Source of the DNA: Promethearchaeota archaeon
GTDB taxonomy: Archaea; Asgardarchaeota; Lokiarchaeia; Sigyniarchaeales; SOKP01
Direction: 5' to 3'
Length of the DNA: 39,032 nt
Assembly (NCBI GenBank): GCA_016839765.1
Contig: JAEOTP010000040.1
Coordinates: 1 to 39,032 of the forward strand
This document shows, one piece after another, positions 37,396-39,032 of this stretch. Each line of letters opens with the position of its first letter. The stretch's first letter is position 1. The notes below the pieces were generated by a model. The model was given only the letters and a program-made list of their open reading frames with translations. It was not told the DNA's origin and ran no database searches. The translations under genes were made by a program, and so were the position numbers.

Positions 37396-37926
37396 TTAAC
37401 TTTCAGGTTTAATCGATTTAAGCGCTTTCCTTTTCTTTTTCCTCCTAACTACCACTAAAGCAACAATTGCCCCAACAGCTAACCCACCTAGGCTCACAGA
37501 AATTCCAATGATGGATAGAAGGTCCAATATACTTTTCTTTTCAATTTGGTATCTTAATACAATGGTCCCTACATAATCATTAAAGAATTGTACGCAATAA
37601 TCATTATCGGAAGGAACTTCATATGCCCAATGATCACTCATGGAATTATCCTCATATAATAAATATGAACTTGGTTTACCCATTATAATCAGATGTGTTC
37701 CTGTTACTAAATAGGCATCAATTCCACCAGGACCAGATAAAACTTGGTATTGAATATCTAATGTTATACCTCCTCTACAATTTGGAATGTTGATAACTAA
37801 AACTTGACCTCCTGGTATATCTTTTTGGTCCCATGCTTTTGATATTTTAACATTTCCAAAAAAGCTGAGTGTAAATGTGATTAGAAGAAGATAAAGAATA
37901 GTTTTATTAAATTTATTTCTCGCCAT
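37396..37926 (-). CDS. Type I membrane protein with GOLD/p24-like beta-sandwich
   Basis: Signal peptide, LDIQYQVLSGPGGIDAYLV and DYCVQFFND, C-terminal TM and short basic tail RRKKKRK. Confidence 0.55.
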   Translation of the reverse strand: MARNKFNKTILYLLLITFTLSFFGNVKISKAWDQKDIPGGQVLVINIPNCRGGITLDIQYQVLSGPGGIDAYLVTGTHLIIMGKPSSYLLYEDNSMSDHWAYEVPSDNDYCVQFFNDYVGTIVLRYQIEKKSILDLLSIIGISVSLGGLAVGAIVALVVVRRKKKRKALKSIKPES

Positions 37927-37999
37927 AAAGATTACTCATTTTATAATTGGAATATTATTAATTTAAACTCTTTTATATATAAACATTCTGTAAAATTCG

Positions 38000-38022
38000 T
38001 TGTTAAGGAGTCATCTTAACAA
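38000..38022. promoter_or_regulatory. Inverted repeat TTGTTAAG-N7-CTTAACAA
   Basis: Perfect 8-bp arms between the fdhB-like stop and the GOLD-like gene start; a further TTGTTAAG at 38052-38059. Confidence 0.4.
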
Positions 38023-38099
38023 TTTTGCACAATAGATTTGAATAAAAAATCTTGTTAAGTACAAATAAGATAAAAATAAGTAAGTATAAAAAAATTAGA

Positions 38100-39032
38100 T
38101 TAGACTTTTTCTAATTCCATTTGCTCAATGGCTTTCCCGGATCTGAAAGGGATATCATCAATACTCTCACCAGCCGTATATTTAAATTTCTCTTTAAATA
38201 CTTCATTTAAAGACTGGAAGTATAATGATAAAGGTAAGTGAACAGGACAGTTATTATCGCAATTTCCACATTCTACACACCGGTCCGCAACGTGAGCTAT
38301 ACGTGTTAATTGGTAGCTTTCTTTATTTATAATTTTATCTTTCCGTTTTTTCTGTAAAATACAATCAACACAATAACAGACAGGGCAACCTCTGATGCAC
38401 ATACCACACATAGTGCATGCCTGTAATTTCGCAATTTTCTCTGCTTGAGGAAGTTTATCCCATTCTTCTAAATCTTTTGCTCTTTTAGCAAGTGCATTTT
38501 CCTTAAGCTCTTTGATTTTTTCAATATGAGCCGTTTTAATATCAGCAGGAAGGTCTATCTTTGTGATTTTAGATTTTTCGACAAGATCAGCTCCTTTATC
38601 AGAATAGACCTTAAGAATTACATCCTCTGAATCAATAGGAATTCCAAGGTCACTTATGCCTAAATCAGCTACCACAGGAATTTTTCGAATGCATCGTGTG
38701 CAGTTTTCAGCAATATTTAGATCAACTTCTTTTGTTTTCCCATCATCTAATTTGAGAATTAAACCTTTATCTCCAATTTTCTCTTTTACTACTTTTGTAG
38801 GATCAACATCTTTGATTTTTTTTATTTCTCTTGAAGCATTGATAACCATTCCTCTATCTTCAAATGCAATAATAAAGAGATTATCTAAATTGACTTGTTT
38901 TATTTTAGCCAATTCAATTAAAGCTCTGGTGTCGCATGGTCGAGCAATAAGTCCTACTTTCTCTTCCATTGCTCCATTAACAGATTTATGTAAGAATTTT
39001 GCTGCCGAATCAGTTCTGGCATAGCCATATGA
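38100..39032 (-). CDS. F420-dependent formate dehydrogenase beta subunit-like (FrhB/FdhB family) protein, 5'-truncated by the window
   Basis: VGLIARPCDTRALIELAK..QVNLDNL, CTRC, CTMCGMCIRGCPVCYCVDC, RCVECGNCDNNCP. The frame stays open from 38969 to the window end (SYGYARTDSAAKFLHKSVNGA). Confidence 0.88.
   Translation of the reverse strand, partial: SYGYARTDSAAKFLHKSVNGAMEEKVGLIARPCDTRALIELAKIKQVNLDNLFIIAFEDRGMVINASREIKKIKDVDPTKVVKEKIGDKGLILKLDDGKTKEVDLNIAENCTRCIRKIPVVADLGISDLGIPIDSEDVILKVYSDKGADLVEKSKITKIDLPADIKTAHIEKIKELKENALAKRAKDLEEWDKLPQAEKIAKLQACTMCGMCIRGCPVCYCVDCILQKKRKDKIINKESYQLTRIAHVADRCVECGNCDNNCPVHLPLSLYFQSLNEVFKEKFKYTAGESIDDIPFRSGKAIEQMELEKV

Noticed and set aside
37927-38099. 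SECIS element downstream of the FdhB-like gene
   Set aside because: The hairpin is short, I could not identify a convincing SECIS core, and there is no in-frame TGA in the visible part of the gene. Upstream genes are outside the window.
38100-38969. ATG 38969 as the true start of the FdhB-like gene
   Set aside because: The frame is open to the window edge and the family's N-terminal region is missing, so the gene is truncated by the window.
22491-39024. Remaining nested antisense ORFs (e.g. 22606..22824, 28495..28893, 29890..30186, 34458..34796, 36652..37044, 38656..39024)
   Set aside because: Antisense shadows of conserved enzymes or transporters.
1-39032. CRISPR arrays, tRNA/rRNA genes, IS elements
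   Set aside because: Intergenic gaps are short and very AT-rich, with no GC-rich structured segments, regularly spaced repeats or transposase-like ORFs visible by eye.

Overview
This is an AT-rich, gene-dense archaeal chromosomal segment. Its gene content points to an Asgard archaeon of the Lokiarchaeia type, inferred from two gelsolin-like proteins, longin-type proteins, a GOLD-like membrane protein, a geranylgeranyl reductase and an F420-type FdhB-like subunit. About 35 CDSs are supported. I saw no rRNA, tRNA, CRISPR array, integrase or transposase. The most interesting region is ~6.4-20 kb. On the minus strand it carries four tandem paralogous cell-surface proteins, each with a signal/anchor, two repeated beta-rich domains, a TM helix and a conserved cytoplasmic (K/R)(Y/F)PxP(V/I)RKxRK(Y/H)R..RxxAF tail. 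These are followed by a gelsolin-like + helical-repeat protein, its gelsolin-less paralog and a small longin protein. Divergently transcribed are a longin + two winged-helix protein (NPRL2/3-like layout) and a Zn-finger/TrmB-HTH/coiled-coil/PLD-like protein. I propose this as a candidate surface-receptor-to-actin/GTPase module. Two of the surface paralogs share a ~350-bp tract at ~93% identity, and one carries an A14 tract in its 5' end. The rest is mostly metabolism and housekeeping: beta-oxidation, lipid reduction, transporters, peptidases, class I GAPDH and Fe-S proteins. All calls come from reading motifs by eye; no searches were run.
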